Of a DNA stretch of 64,000 bases, positions 29,100 to 40,754 are shown one piece after another; positions within the stretch are counted from its first letter, which is position 1, and every line of letters begins with the position of its first letter. The stretch covers positions 4,160,001-4,224,000 of the forward strand of contig CAVUSO010000001.1 of the NCBI GenBank assembly GCA_963744145.1, read 5' to 3'. Under the pieces are notes generated by a model, which did no database searches, had not been told where the DNA came from, and worked only from the letters and a program-made list of their open reading frames with translations. The DNA comes from an uncultured cyanobacterium (GTDB lineage: Bacteria > Cyanobacteriota > Cyanobacteriia > Cyanobacteriales > CAWUOF01). The translations under genes and the position numbers were made by a program.

Positions 29100-30848
29100 T
29101 TAGGTATTGCGGAGAACTTTAAAGCGCGATACTTCCTGACGTAAACCTTGTGCTGCTTGGTTTAATTCGCTAATTGACTGGTTAATCTCCCGCAATGACT
29201 GTGCTGTTTGTGACGACGATTCACTTAATTGTACCATGGCTTCACTAATTTGACTCGCTCCTTGAGATTGGGATTCCATACTATTACCCACTTCTTCAAA
29301 TCGGGGAGTTAAGTTTTGCACTTGCTCAATAATTGACTCTAATTTATTACTAATCTTTTCCACCTGACTCACCCCTTGTTCCACTTCTTTGGTGAATTTA
29401 TCCATTTCCATTACCCCTGTGGATACTGCCCCTTGCATCTCTCTTACCATATTTTCAATATCTAAGGTGGCTACTGCTGTCTGATCTGCTAACCGTCTGA
29501 TTTCCCGCGCTACTACCGCAAAACCTGTCCCGTATTCTCCCGCTTTTTCTGCTTCGATCGCTGCGTTTAAGGACAGTAAATTGGTTTGATCTGCCACTTT
29601 AGTGATGGTAGTTACAATCGTATTAATACTATTTGCCTTATCACTAATTACGCCCAATTTAGTGGCAATACTACTAGTTGCACCCACTAACTTCCGCATG
29701 GTTGCTTCCATCTGTAACAGGTCTTTTTGACTATCTCCCGCCGCAATTCCAGTGATTTTTGATGTATCTTCTACTTCATCAATAGTTTTGACTAAATGTT
29801 TGGAATTAGCCGCAATTTCTCGCGCGGTTGCTGCCACCTGATTCGTGGATGCTACTTGTTGAACCATGGTGGATTCTAATTCTTTGCCCGAAGCTGAGAT
29901 ATTGGTACTAGCAGTAGTAATTTGGATTCCTGATTGCTGCACTTGACGGATTAAGGTATTTAAGTTTTCCGTCATCACTCGGAAAGACATCATTAATCTG
30001 CCAATCTCATCTTTTGCCTCGGTAGGTTCCACTTGAGTCGTTAAGTCTCCTATTGAAACTTTTTCCGCTACTCCCACAACTTGAGCAATTTTGGCTCCCA
30101 TGGGTTTAACGATCGTATTACTAAAATACACCCCAAAAACTCCAGCTACTACTGGACCGATGATTAATCCCATCAAAATTAAAAATGTAGTTTGACTCTG
30201 ATCTTGTTTGGCTATTTGGTTAGAAGTATCTGTGATTTTCAGATTATATGCTATGAGGTCGTCTAAAGCTTTATCGGCTGAGGAAAATGCTGGTTGTAAT
30301 TTTGTATAGGCATAATCATTCAGTTCGTTCAGGATTTGCACTCCTGTTTCCGCACTGGTATATTCAGGGGTATTACCTTTGCCTTTTAATAACTCTTGCA
30401 CTTTTTTGGAATCAAAAACACCATTTTTGATCAACTTATCATGGATGTCCAGATAATCTTTACTGTTACTTTTCCACTTATCCCATTCTGTCAAAAGTTT
30501 TTGGTAGAGGGCTTCTTCATCCTGCCCTCGGGAAATATCACCATACATTTTAAATCCGGTTTTTATATCTTTAAATGAATTTTCAATGTTGGTTAATTCT
30601 GCTTGTCTTTGATCGCTAGTTAATGTATTAGCTATCAGAGTCTTTTCTGAGCCATTAACAGTTCTCGCCCCTCCCTTAATTTGCCATAAACCTTGGATAC
30701 TAGGTAAGGAACCATTAATGAGAGAATTCAGATGGCCACTTAAAGTATTTGTGCCATTCCAGCCGATAATACCGACAATGAAAACTATTACTCCGATCGC
30801 TAGAAATCCAGCGATTAGACGGGTTTGCAATGACAGATTTTTTAGCAT
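29100..30848 (-). CDS. Methyl-accepting chemotaxis protein (WspA-like)
   Basis: MLKNLSLQ start at 30848; MCP signalling domain. Confidence 0.92.
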   Translation of the reverse strand: MLKNLSLQTRLIAGFLAIGVIVFIVGIIGWNGTNTLSGHLNSLINGSLPSIQGLWQIKGGARTVNGSEKTLIANTLTSDQRQAELTNIENSFKDIKTGFKMYGDISRGQDEEALYQKLLTEWDKWKSNSKDYLDIHDKLIKNGVFDSKKVQELLKGKGNTPEYTSAETGVQILNELNDYAYTKLQPAFSSADKALDDLIAYNLKITDTSNQIAKQDQSQTTFLILMGLIIGPVVAGVFGVYFSNTIVKPMGAKIAQVVGVAEKVSIGDLTTQVEPTEAKDEIGRLMMSFRVMTENLNTLIRQVQQSGIQITTASTNISASGKELESTMVQQVASTNQVAATAREIAANSKHLVKTIDEVEDTSKITGIAAGDSQKDLLQMEATMRKLVGATSSIATKLGVISDKANSINTIVTTITKVADQTNLLSLNAAIEAEKAGEYGTGFAVVAREIRRLADQTAVATLDIENMVREMQGAVSTGVMEMDKFTKEVEQGVSQVEKISNKLESIIEQVQNLTPRFEEVGNSMESQSQGASQISEAMVQLSESSSQTAQSLREINQSISELNQAAQGLRQEVSRFKVLRNT

Positions 30849-31340
30849 GATTTTTGATACTGTGATTGGTTGATGAAGTTTTGGCTGAAAACTCGCTCTG
30901 GAAAACGTTTTCATATTATAGCAGATCTAGCTTAATTTAAACAAATTAATTCAATCTTTGATCTTCTTACTTCGACCAAAGGGGAAATACCTAGTACATC
31001 CAGATTTTTTTTCTCAATCAGACCAGATCATTGCTATGACTCAAATTAAAAATTATCTTGTTAACAATAAAAATATAAATTAAAGACATTGTTTAATTTA
31101 ACATTCAAAAAATTTGCTAGTATAATGATTAAACAAAAAAATCAAATTGATCAGCATTAGGGCGATCGCTAAATTTCACAACAGCTTTACTTACCTTTAC
31201 CCATATCACTAATAGATAAAATTGTCAATAATGGCAACTAAATTGTGCCCGATCTTGTTGAATCTAGTTACAAACCCAATTTTTTGGATCAGTCCTACAT
31301 CTATGATGATCCAAAGCAAAATTTAATTAATTTTGACCAG

Positions 31341-33092
31341 TTAGATCCCGATAACTTTAAAGCGCGATACTTCCTGACGTAAACCTTGTGCTGCTTGGTT
31401 TAATTCGCTAATTGACTGGTTAATCTCCCGCAATGACTGTGCTGTTTGTGACGACGATTCACTCAATTGTACCATGGCTTCACTAATTTGACTCGCTCCT
31501 TGAGATTGGGATTCCATACTATTACCCACTTCTTCAAATCGGGGAGTTAAGTTTTGCACTTGCTCAATAATTGACTCTAATTTATTACTAATCTTTTCCA
31601 CCTGATTCACCCCTTGTTCCACTTCTTTGGTGAATTTATCCATTTCCATTACCCCTGTGGATACTGCCCCTTGCATCTCTCTTACCATATTTTCAATATC
31701 TAAGGTGGCTACTGCTGTCTGATCTGCTAACCGTCTGATTTCCCGCGCTACTACCGCAAAACCTGTCCCGTATTCCCCCGCTTTTTCCGCTTCGATCGCT
31801 GCGTTTAAGGACAGTAAATTGGTTTGATCTGCCACTTTAGTGATGGTAGTTACAATCGTATTAATACTATTTGCCTTATCACTAATTACGCCCAATTTAG
31901 TGGCAATACTACTAGTTGCACCCACTAACTTCCGCATGGTTGCTTCCATCTGTAACAGGTCTTTTTGACTATCTCCCGCCGCAATTCCAGTGATTTTTGA
32001 TGTGTCTTCTACTTCATCAATGGTTTTGACTAAATGTTTGGAATTAGCCGCAATTTCTCGCGCGGTTGCTGCTACCTGATTTGTGGATGCTACTTGTTGG
32101 GCCATGGTGGATTCTAATTCTTTACCCGAAGCTGAGATGTTCGTACTAGCAGTAGTAATTTGGATTCCTGATTGCTGCACTTGACGGATTAAAGTATTTA
32201 AGTTTTCCGTCATCACGCGGAAAGCCATCATTAATCTCCCGACCTCATCTCGGTCTTCGGTAGCTTGCACTTGAGTAGTTAAATCTCCTGTGGAAACTTT
32301 TTCTGCTACTCCCACAACTTGAGCAATTTTGGCTCCCATGGGTTTGACGATCGTATTACTAAAATACACCCCAAAAACTCCCGCTATTACTGGACCGAGG
32401 ATTAATCCCATCAAGATGAATAATGTAGTTTGAGATTCATCTTTTTCTGCTATTTTTTTATAATTTTCTGCGATTTTAACATTATATAATATCAGTTCTT
32501 GTAACGCTTTTGCGGCTGAGTCAAATGCCGGTTCTACCTTGGTCTGTAAGTAATCATTCATATCACTGATTGTTTGTACTGCTACTTCAGCATTAGCATA
32601 TTCAGTTGTATTACTTTTCCCTTGCTTCAATAAATCAACCTGAACTTTTCTTGGGTTGGTGATGCCAGAATTAATCACCTTGTCATGGAGCCGAAGATAA
32701 TCTTCACTGCTGCTTTTCCACTTATCCCATTCGGTCAAAAATTTTTGATAGATTTGATCTTCCTCATCGTTACGGGGTGCATCAGTATACTCTTTAAATC
32801 CTGCTTCTATAACTTTTAATCCCGTCTGAATATTGGTTAACTCTTTTTGTCTTTGCTCGCTGGTTAATGCGTTAGCTATCAACTCTTTTTCCGAGCCATT
32901 AATGCTGGTTTGTCCTTGGTTAACTTGCCACAAACCTTGGAGACTAGGTAACGAATTACCAATCAGATTATTCAGATGTTTTTTTAAAGTATTTGTACCA
33001 TTCCAACCAATAATACCGACAATTAAAACGATTACGCCGATCAGGAGAAATCCAGAAATTAGACGGTTTTGCAATGACAGATTTTTTAACAT
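31341..33092 (-). CDS. Methyl-accepting chemotaxis protein (WspA-like)
   Basis: MLKNLSLQ start at 33092; signalling domain near-identical to 29100-30848 gene. Confidence 0.92.
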   Translation of the reverse strand: MLKNLSLQNRLISGFLLIGVIVLIVGIIGWNGTNTLKKHLNNLIGNSLPSLQGLWQVNQGQTSINGSEKELIANALTSEQRQKELTNIQTGLKVIEAGFKEYTDAPRNDEEDQIYQKFLTEWDKWKSSSEDYLRLHDKVINSGITNPRKVQVDLLKQGKSNTTEYANAEVAVQTISDMNDYLQTKVEPAFDSAAKALQELILYNVKIAENYKKIAEKDESQTTLFILMGLILGPVIAGVFGVYFSNTIVKPMGAKIAQVVGVAEKVSTGDLTTQVQATEDRDEVGRLMMAFRVMTENLNTLIRQVQQSGIQITTASTNISASGKELESTMAQQVASTNQVAATAREIAANSKHLVKTIDEVEDTSKITGIAAGDSQKDLLQMEATMRKLVGATSSIATKLGVISDKANSINTIVTTITKVADQTNLLSLNAAIEAEKAGEYGTGFAVVAREIRRLADQTAVATLDIENMVREMQGAVSTGVMEMDKFTKEVEQGVNQVEKISNKLESIIEQVQNLTPRFEEVGNSMESQSQGASQISEAMVQLSESSSQTAQSLREINQSISELNQAAQGLRQEVSRFKVIGI

Positions 33093-33343
33093 GATGTTTA
33101 ATCCTAGGTTAGTTAATGAATGTTTTGCGCTCATATTAGAGTTGGGACATCTGCATAATAACATTAATGGGTTGTCTTGTACAATTATTTAACTCTCTCA
33201 ATAGAACTAAATAAATAAGGTAAAAATATGATCGATAAGTTTTAAATATTTGAAAGTAACCAAAATTCATTTTTAAATGATAGTGTTACCAATTAGTGTA
33301 ATATGAGAATTACCCCAGAGCTGAAATTAACTAAAATTTGTCA

Positions 33344-35329
33344 ATGTCCAAAATTACTAGCCCGATCACTGCATTTCCACTCACTGCGGTAGTGGGACAA
33401 GATGCCATTAAACTCGCGTTGTTATTAGCAGCGGTTGATCCAGGTTTAGGAGGAGTAGCGATCGCTGGACGTAGAGGTACGGCTAAGTCAGTTATGGCTA
33501 GAGGTATAGCGATTTTACTACCACCGATTGAAATTGTCAAGGGTTCTTTCGATCATGCTGTCCCAAATTTAGAAATTAGTGGAGAAACTACAGCACCAGA
33601 AAATACCCAAATCATTCCTGCACCATTTATTCAAATTCCCTTGGGTATAACTGAAGATCGACTCCTCGGTTCAGTTGATGTGGAAAAATCGGTTAAGGAG
33701 GGAGAAACTATATTTCAACCCGGACTCCTAGCTCAAGCAAATCGAGGAGTGTTATATGTTGATGAAATTAATTTACTAGATGACCAAATTAGTAACCAGT
33801 TATTAACCGTATTATCAGAAGGATATAATCGGATTGAACGGGAAGGAATTAGTATTGAACATCCTTGTCAAGCTTTATTTATTGCTACTTATAATCCGGA
33901 AGAAGGACCATTACGAGAACATCTCCTCGATCGCATTGCGATCACTCTTTCCGCTGATGGTGTTTTAGGTTTAGATGAAAGAGTACAAGCAGTCGAACAA
34001 GCTTTGGCTTATGCTAAATCTCCGTCAGATTTTCTCGAAACCTATCATGAAGATTTAGATAATCTGAAAACTCAAATTATTCTAGCCCGGGAATGGCTCA
34101 AAGATGTAGTCATTACCCAGGAGCAAATTAGTTATTTAGTTGAAGAAGCAATTCGCGCTGGAGTCCAGGGACATCGAGCCGAATTATTTGCAGTGCGAGT
34201 CGCTAAAGCCGCAGCAGCATTAGATGGTAGAATTACTGTTAATGCTGAAGATTTACGTCGTGCTGTGGAATTGGTGATTGTCCCTCGTGCGACGATCGTC
34301 CAAACACCCCCAGAAGAACCACCCGCACCTCCACCTCCTCCTCCTCCCCCAGAAGATCAATCGGAACAAGAACAAGAAGAACAGGAACAAGAAGAAAATC
34401 CCAATCCACCAGAGGAAGAAGAAGCTAGTATTCCGGAAGAGTTTCTGTTTGATCCCGAAGGAGTAATTCTTGATCCGAGTGTGTTATTTTTTGCTCAAAA
34501 TGCTCAACGACAAGGTAAGTCAGGTAGTCGAAGTAAGATTTTTTCTGACGATCGCGGACGTTATGTTAAACCAATGTTACCGAAAGGTAAGGTCAAACGG
34601 ATTGCAGTTGATGCGACTTTAAGAGCTGCTGCTCCATACCAGAAATCCAGACGTGAGCGTCAACCAGATCGAAGAGTGATTGTGGAATCAGCAGATATTC
34701 GGAGTAAACGCTTAGTTCGTAAAGCTGGAGCTTTAGTAGTATTTGTAGTTGATGCTTCTGGTTCAATGGCTCTGAATCGGATGCAATCAGCTAAGGGTGC
34801 AGTGATGCGACTATTAACTGAAGCATATCAAAATCGTGATCAAGTTGCTTTGATTCCTTTTCGCGGAGAACAAGCGGATATCTTATTACCCCCAACTCGT
34901 TCGATCGCTTTAGCAAAAAGACGTTTAGAAACTCTTCCCTGTGGTGGTGGTTCACCCCTAGCACATGGTTTGACTCAAGCGGTTCGAGTGGGAATTAATG
35001 CTCAAAAATCTGGAGATATTGGTCAAATTGTGATTGTCGCAATTACCGATGGTAGAGGGAATATTCCCTTAGCTCGATCGCTAGGTGAACCGATTTTAAC
35101 TGAAGAAAAACCTGATATTAAGGCAGAATTATTAAATATTGCTGCCCGAATTCGTAGTTTAGGAATTCAGTTGTTAATGATTGATACTGAGAATAAGTTT
35201 ATTTCCACCGGATTTGCTAAAGAGTTAGCCAAAACTTCTGGTGGTAAATATTATCATCTCCCTAAAGCTACTGATCAAGCGATCGCTGCTATGGCTATGG
35301 GTGCGATCGCTGATCTCAAATCTCGCTAG
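33344..35329 (+). CDS. chlD: Magnesium chelatase subunit D
   Basis: 'FPLTAVVGQ', 'GRRGTAKS', Pro/Glu-rich linker, VWA '[13 protein letters not shown]'. Confidence 0.95.
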   Translation: MSKITSPITAFPLTAVVGQDAIKLALLLAAVDPGLGGVAIAGRRGTAKSVMARGIAILLPPIEIVKGSFDHAVPNLEISGETTAPENTQIIPAPFIQIPLGITEDRLLGSVDVEKSVKEGETIFQPGLLAQANRGVLYVDEINLLDDQISNQLLTVLSEGYNRIEREGISIEHPCQALFIATYNPEEGPLREHLLDRIAITLSADGVLGLDERVQAVEQALAYAKSPSDFLETYHEDLDNLKTQIILAREWLKDVVITQEQISYLVEEAIRAGVQGHRAELFAVRVAKAAAALDGRITVNAEDLRRAVELVIVPRATIVQTPPEEPPAPPPPPPPPEDQSEQEQEEQEQEENPNPPEEEEASIPEEFLFDPEGVILDPSVLFFAQNAQRQGKSGSRSKIFSDDRGRYVKPMLPKGKVKRIAVDATLRAAAPYQKSRRERQPDRRVIVESADIRSKRLVRKAGALVVFVVDASGSMALNRMQSAKGAVMRLLTEAYQNRDQVALIPFRGEQADILLPPTRSIALAKRRLETLPCGGGSPLAHGLTQAVRVGINAQKSGDIGQIVIVAITDGRGNIPLARSLGEPILTEEKPDIKAELLNIAARIRSLGIQLLMIDTENKFISTGFAKELAKTSGGKYYHLPKATDQAIAAMAMGAIADLKSR

Positions 35330-35341
35330 AGATCAAGAGAC

Positions 35342-36556
35342 TTAACTCTGAGCAGAAACTAGCATCTTCTGAGCCGATGTAGCACAGAATTCTTGGTAAT
35401 CTTCTGTTACTTGTTGAGCATAGCTTTGAGCATAATCTAACAAAGGACTACGCCAATCAGCATCTTGGGAAAAAGCAATTAATTCATCCGCGATCGCTGA
35501 TTTTTGTCTTCCTCCACTCCGTAATTGTGCCCAAGCAGTGATCTCTCCCATAGTTTCGAGCACTCTTTCCAAACGTCGCAGTTTACCATTCCATAAATCT
35601 AAGCTCACTCGGTCTTGACTTGGTTGTAAACCACTTAATACAAATGGTACTGAATCAATCAAGACTGGTGATAACATTGCCTTTGGTGTTGCTTGTACCC
35701 GTTGCTGGATCGAGACTACTCTCTCTGCTTCACTATTCCACTTAGGTTGACTTATTTTTACATAAGGTTGAAGTGAAGAAGGAATAGCTTGTTTGACATC
35801 AATCAGATAATTTTGGTCCGGAGAACCTTTTCCTGTCACCAACAATACATAACGTCTGATCCCTAAGCTACCAGTTCCGGCAATTCTGACTGCAACATCT
35901 AGTAGTTTGAAAAACTCAGGATTGGTTTGTGTAGTAGCCCAATTACTTAAAAAAGATTCAACTTGCGATCGCTCTTCGGTCGTAATTTCGGCAATATGTT
36001 TATTGTCAATTACAAATTGTCGCTTCCCTTTCTTCACTTCTGTGGTTTTATTCAGAAAATCTGCCCGTTTTCTTTCTTTTAAACTCACCAGTAAATCTTT
36101 GACCATTCCTTTGGCTGTTTCGGTTTCTACATACCGAGCTTTACCCGTAGCTAAAGCATTAATATAAGCATCTAAAAAACAATGACATAATGCTAATGCT
36201 TCTTGTTGATTGACACCTAAAGTACCTGCACCGACAATGACGCTGGTAAGTAAGCGAGCTATTTCCCAGGTACAAGGAGCCAGGATGGCTTCATCAAAAT
36301 CATTCATGTCAAAGTAGACTAAACGATTATCACCTTTGTAACTGCCAAAATTTTCTAAGTGTAAATCACCACAGATCCAAGTTGATGGGGCATCATTGAG
36401 GGGCGATTTGGCGGGCCAATCTTCATAGAAGAGGTGACAAGTCCCGCGAAAAAACACAAAACTATTCTTTCGCATCGCCTGATATTTTAGCCCCAAACGT
36501 TGCGGATTTCTACCCTGATTAAACTTTTCAATTCGCTCAAATACATTTTTTGTCAT
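35342..36556 (-). CDS. DUF2252 family protein (kinase-like)
   Basis: 'FFRGTCHLFY', 'CGDLHLENFG', 'FDMNDFDEA', 'GTGSLG'. Confidence 0.85.
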   Translation of the reverse strand: MTKNVFERIEKFNQGRNPQRLGLKYQAMRKNSFVFFRGTCHLFYEDWPAKSPLNDAPSTWICGDLHLENFGSYKGDNRLVYFDMNDFDEAILAPCTWEIARLLTSVIVGAGTLGVNQQEALALCHCFLDAYINALATGKARYVETETAKGMVKDLLVSLKERKRADFLNKTTEVKKGKRQFVIDNKHIAEITTEERSQVESFLSNWATTQTNPEFFKLLDVAVRIAGTGSLGIRRYVLLVTGKGSPDQNYLIDVKQAIPSSLQPYVKISQPKWNSEAERVVSIQQRVQATPKAMLSPVLIDSVPFVLSGLQPSQDRVSLDLWNGKLRRLERVLETMGEITAWAQLRSGGRQKSAIADELIAFSQDADWRSPLLDYAQSYAQQVTEDYQEFCATSAQKMLVSAQS

Positions 36557-36748
36557 TTTTTGACTCCAGAAATTGTCTTACAATTAATATAACCTATTCT
36601 TAACCTAGTGATCATATTTTTTTAGGATAACTTCAGGTCAAGTGACCGGTTGATTGGCAAAATCTCCGGTTTATGACCAGATATCGACCGAGAAAATAGG
36701 TTTCTAGTCTCAGCGTAGGTCAAATTTTTTGTTTGAGAGCTAAAATCG

Positions 36749-37210
36749 ATGAACTCTATTTTTCTTAATCCAAATGATTGGGTAATGTTAGTCAACCGAT
36801 TAGGTTTAGCAATTTTAGTCGGTGCAGTGATCGGGTTTAACCGTCAAGTAAACGGTAAACCGGCGGGTTTCAGAACACATATACTCGTTAGTTTAGGATC
36901 AGCACTATTTGTGTTAATTCCTTTACAGGGAAATCCTTCGACCTCATTAGACACTGTGAGTCGTACTATTCAAGGAGTTGCGACAGGGGTAGGTTTTTTG
37001 GGAGCTGGGGAAATTTTGCATCCAGCGAAAAATGGACAAACCATCGTCATGGGGTTAACTTCCGCAGCATCTTTATGGGTCACTGCTGCTCTAGGAATGG
37101 TAGCAGGTTGTGGTTTATGGCAATTAAGTTTACTAGCAACCTTCTTAACTTGGTTAGTTCTCAGTGTGGGGAAAAAATTAGAAAAGTTTTTATTGGGTAG
37201 ACAGGATTAA
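36749..37210 (+). CDS. MgtC/SapB family membrane protein
   Basis: 'KPAGFRTHILVSLGSALF', 'GVGFLGAG', 'GLTSAASLW'. Confidence 0.9.
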   Translation: MNSIFLNPNDWVMLVNRLGLAILVGAVIGFNRQVNGKPAGFRTHILVSLGSALFVLIPLQGNPSTSLDTVSRTIQGVATGVGFLGAGEILHPAKNGQTIVMGLTSAASLWVTAALGMVAGCGLWQLSLLATFLTWLVLSVGKKLEKFLLGRQD

Positions 37211-38592
37211 TTTTGCTTGACCAAAAATGCAGCACATTCAATATGGGAGGTTTGAGGGAAAAAATCTGCTGGTTGGACTCTAGTTAATCGATAGATATTT
37301 GACTGACACAAGATTTGCAAATCACGAGCTAGAGTAGCTGGGTTACAACTAATATAGACAATCCGCTGCGGTTGGATTTGCAGGAGAGTTTCTAGCACTA
37401 CCCGATCGCAACCTTTTCGGGGTGGATCTAGTAAGACAATATCGGGGGTAATTGTAAGACTCAGCAGCAAATTTTCTACCGCACCAACCTGAAAAGTGGC
37501 ATTATTAATTCCATTGATTTGAGCATTTAACTGGGCTTGTGCGACTGCTACTGCTTGTAATTCTAACCCAATCACTTGAGCTACTTGTTGAGCGAGGGGC
37601 AAACTAAAAGTCCCAATCCCACAATAAGCATCTAATACAATTTCCTGACCTTGCAGATTTAATTCTTGACCAATCTCTTGTAAGAGTCGCTGGGCACTAT
37701 CTGGATTAATTTGAAAGAATGTATCTGGACGTAATTGAAATTCTAACCCAGCAAATTTCTCTCTTAAGTAAGCTTGACCAATAATGCACTTGGTTTTTTC
37801 ACCAAAAATCACATTACTTTGAGCTGGGTTATAGTTCAAACAAACCCCGACTAAATTCGGATAACGATTTAACCATGTTTGAGCTTGAGTTTCAATTCCA
37901 GGTAAATTGCCCTGTTTGACAATTAAAGTTAACAGGATTTCGCCCGTATAGCGTCCAATTCGTAAAGAGAGATGACGCAGTTCCCCTCGATGTTGATTTT
38001 CAGCATAAATGGACCATTGACGCTGCTCAATATCTTGTTTGACTTCTGCTAATAAGGGATTTAAACGAATATCTTGGACTGGACATTGATTGAGGTTAAT
38101 TAATTGGTGACTACCTTTTTGATAATATCCAGCTTGGACATGACCCGTCCCTGATCTCCCGAAAGGATAGGTAGATTTATTACGATATCCAAACCTATTA
38201 GGATCAGCTAAAACTGGTTCGACCGATGGTTGAGTAATATTACCGATCCTTTCTAGGGCTTGGATCACAATAGTTTGTTTAGCTTGTAGCTGGTAATTAT
38301 AATCAATATGTTGCCACTGACAACCACCACATTTGTCAGCCACAATACAATGGGGTCGAATCCGGTGGAGAGAAGCTTCTAATATTTGATGTACTTTCCC
38401 GATCGCATGGGAAGATTTAATTCGTAACAACCGGACTAGGACGCGATCGCCAGGAACCGTATCAGGTACAAAGACAACGCGATCGTGAAAACGTCCTACC
38501 CCATCCCCACTGTCACTCAAATCTGTAATCGAGATTTCTACTAGTTGTCCCTGGTGCCATTGATTTGTCCCAGGGATCAGTTCTGAAGCCAT
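37207..38592 (-). CDS. rlmD: 23S rRNA (uracil-C5)-methyltransferase
   Basis: TRAM domain, 'CGGCQWQH' 4Fe-4S motif, 'DAYCGIG', 'LDPPRKG', 'YISCNPATLARD', 'DFFPQTSHIE'. Confidence 0.92.
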   Translation of the reverse strand: MASELIPGTNQWHQGQLVEISITDLSDSGDGVGRFHDRVVFVPDTVPGDRVLVRLLRIKSSHAIGKVHQILEASLHRIRPHCIVADKCGGCQWQHIDYNYQLQAKQTIVIQALERIGNITQPSVEPVLADPNRFGYRNKSTYPFGRSGTGHVQAGYYQKGSHQLINLNQCPVQDIRLNPLLAEVKQDIEQRQWSIYAENQHRGELRHLSLRIGRYTGEILLTLIVKQGNLPGIETQAQTWLNRYPNLVGVCLNYNPAQSNVIFGEKTKCIIGQAYLREKFAGLEFQLRPDTFFQINPDSAQRLLQEIGQELNLQGQEIVLDAYCGIGTFSLPLAQQVAQVIGLELQAVAVAQAQLNAQINGINNATFQVGAVENLLLSLTITPDIVLLDPPRKGCDRVVLETLLQIQPQRIVYISCNPATLARDLQILCQSNIYRLTRVQPADFFPQTSHIECAAFLVKQN

Positions 38593-38661
38593 GATCTTAA
38601 GTCCATCATCCTTTTTCTTGATTAGACAAGAAAGCAAAAGTCATGTTGATCAATTTAATTA

Positions 38662-38745
38662 GACAGGCAAGATGCCTGTCCCACAAGAGTTTTTTTATTG
38701 TGGGACAGGCATCTTGCCTGTCCTAGTTATTTTTGCAAGAAGCTA
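38662..38745. repeat. Solo copy of the GGACAGGCAAGATGCCTGTCCCAC hairpin/MITE family
   Basis: GACAGGCAAGATGCCTGTCCCACAA..TTGTGGGACAGGCATCTTGCCTGTC long inverted repeat followed by a degenerate TIR TTTTGCAAGAAGCTA; same family as 62077-62604. Confidence 0.85.
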
Positions 38746-38832
38746 TTGTTAACTAATTGTCAAGATTATCTATAATTTGTACCTCATAATCGATAAAATA
38801 CTTCATGATATCCTGAGCAGAACATAATACTC

Positions 38833-39318
38833 ATGAGCGTAATTAGCCAAGTTATTCTCAAAGCAGACGACGAACTTCGGTATCCTAGTGCCGGAGAACT
38901 CCGAAGTATAGAAACGTTTTTTCAAACTGGTGAACAGCTACTACGGATTGCCACCATCCTGGCTGACAATGAGAAAAAAATTGTAGAAAAAGCCAGTAAA
39001 AATCTATGGCAAAAACGCCCGGATTATATTTCTCCGGGGGGAAATGCTTATGGACAAAGGGAACGGGCACAATGCTTACGGGACTTCCGTTGGTATCTAC
39101 GTCTAATTACCTATGGAATTTTAGCTGGTGATAAAGAGCCAATTGAAACCATTGGTGTCATTGGGGCGCGAGAAATGTACAATGCTTTAAACGTACCTTT
39201 ACCTGGAATGGTTGAAGCGATTCGTGCTTTAAAAGATGCGGCTGTAGATTTGCTGAATCTTGATGATGCAGCAAAAGCAGCTCCTTACTTTGATTATCTC
39301 GCTCAAGCTCTAGCCTAA
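38833..39318 (+). CDS. apcD: Allophycocyanin alpha-B subunit
   Basis: '[19 protein letters not shown]', chromophore Cys in '[17 protein letters not shown]'. Confidence 0.93.
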   Translation: MSVISQVILKADDELRYPSAGELRSIETFFQTGEQLLRIATILADNEKKIVEKASKNLWQKRPDYISPGGNAYGQRERAQCLRDFRWYLRLITYGILAGDKEPIETIGVIGAREMYNALNVPLPGMVEAIRALKDAAVDLLNLDDAAKAAPYFDYLAQALA

Positions 39319-39431
39319 TTTTTCAATTGTCCAGCAGGATTGCTAATGGGTAAAAAGGTAATTTTTGAGAGAGGGCATCTTTTTTGAGCATCTGTTAACT
39401 TTTACCTGTTACCCGTTAGCTTGTTAAGCAT

Positions 39432-39464
39432 AAAAAACCGACAGTGTTTCTCAAAGTCTGTCGG
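39432..39464 (-). terminator. Rho-independent terminator oriented on minus strand
   Basis: CCGACAG/CTGTCGG stem with A6 on its left (T6 tail on minus strand). Confidence 0.65.
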
Positions 39465-39610
39465 CTGTTAGTGTGTTCCCTGTTAATCACGGTAGTTAAA
39501 GTTAAGTTATTCTTTAGTTTGACTGTTGCTTTAGATAAAGGGAGCGATCGCGATCGGCTGATGATGTGATGCTAATCACATTTTTTCAAAAATATTCCCA
39601 AATAAATTTT

Positions 39611-39835
39611 AATCTGGTGCCGTAACCTGTAGGGGCAAAGCATTTCGGCGCATAAAGATTGCTGAAACGAAGAATAATATTACCGAAATGCTTTGCCCTC
39701 ACCATCTATGCAACCAACAGATCAACTATACATTAAAATATATTCAGTTAAGAATTTTTTTTGGAGATATCGGCGAAGAACCGGGCGTTTACCTACGGCA
39801 CGCTCTCGCGAACGCCCCTACAGTTAACTGAACTG
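39611..39835. repeat. Solo, diverged copy of the REP-like double-hairpin element of the 47.7-49.3 kb array
   Basis: Shares GTAGGGGCAAAGCATTTCGG..CCGAAATGCTTTGCCC, ACCATCTATGCA, TTCAGTTAAG, GGAGATATCGGCGAAGAA and GCCCCTAC..AACTGAACT. Confidence 0.88.
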
Positions 39836-40355
39836 AATTAAAATATATTTTAATTTCTCGATCGGCTGTTCAGCTAACCACCAGATATTTAATTAATTTT
39901 TTCATTAATGTGGCAACTATTTGTTTAACTTATTGACTTTTTTCTTAATTAATTAATCTAATCTAGCATTGATCAAATCCTACTGATTCATCAGATAATT
40001 TAGCAGTTTTTTTAGCAACAAAGTCTGTTTTTCACCTGGCTCTAATGATCCCAACTCCACACCTTGATCATTGATCGATTTTATTTTGGTGATCTTGATC
40101 ACTCTCAGTCCTGATCGATCACACATTACTCTAATTTTAAATGTTCTAACTAACAAATACAATTATTGCAATTTTTTCTCAACTCCGCATTTTTACATAT
40201 ATTGCTTAATGTCAGCTCGCTAAATTGCGGAGGGATTACTTGATTTAATCGGAACATTTGGGCAAAATTTCCCCATTTATGCTCAATCTCTTGGTTCATC
40301 GGTAGCATGACTGATAGTAATAATACGGAGAAAAGTGCTATAAAAATTAGCAGTT

Positions 40356-40655
40356 ATGCTGATGATATTTAAAGATAGTCAAGACAAGATCAGTTATATG
40401 GTTACCAACTTTGTGGAGCTTACTACCATGCAAATCAGTAGTTTTTTTAATCACCATATAGAAGAAAGTGATATTTACTCTGTCGATCTTGATGAACTCT
40501 TTGGACATATCCTTCGTTCTGGAGCATTAACTCCTAAAGATCGACTCCGACTAAAAAAAGCTCTTTTACAAGATTCTCTACCCGAGGATCATCTATTGAT
40601 TATCAATCGGTTACTTTATGGTGTACGTCGAGGGTTTTTAAAATTAGTCGGATAG
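40356..40655 (+). CDS. Small conserved-looking cyanobacterial hypothetical protein
   Basis: 99-aa ORF ending 'INRLLYGVRRGFLKLV', a C-terminal pattern I recall from small cyanobacterial proteins; start uncertain. Confidence 0.55.
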   Translation: MLMIFKDSQDKISYMVTNFVELTTMQISSFFNHHIEESDIYSVDLDELFGHILRSGALTPKDRLRLKKALLQDSLPEDHLLIINRLLYGVRRGFLKLVG

Positions 40656-40754
40656 ACTTTCTAACTAAAAGGGAATTTTAACCCAATCTTGAAGAAAGGG
40701 TTGATAATTTAATGATTATTTAACCTTAAAGATTTTACTTCTCACTAATTCGTG

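Noticed and set aside
30917..31037. Weak inverted repeat TATAGCAGATC..GATCATTGCTAT between MCP genes
   Set aside because: Too short and imperfect to call a MITE from this window alone
34295..34430. Pro/Glu low-complexity repeat in chlD
   Set aside because: Normal ChlD linker
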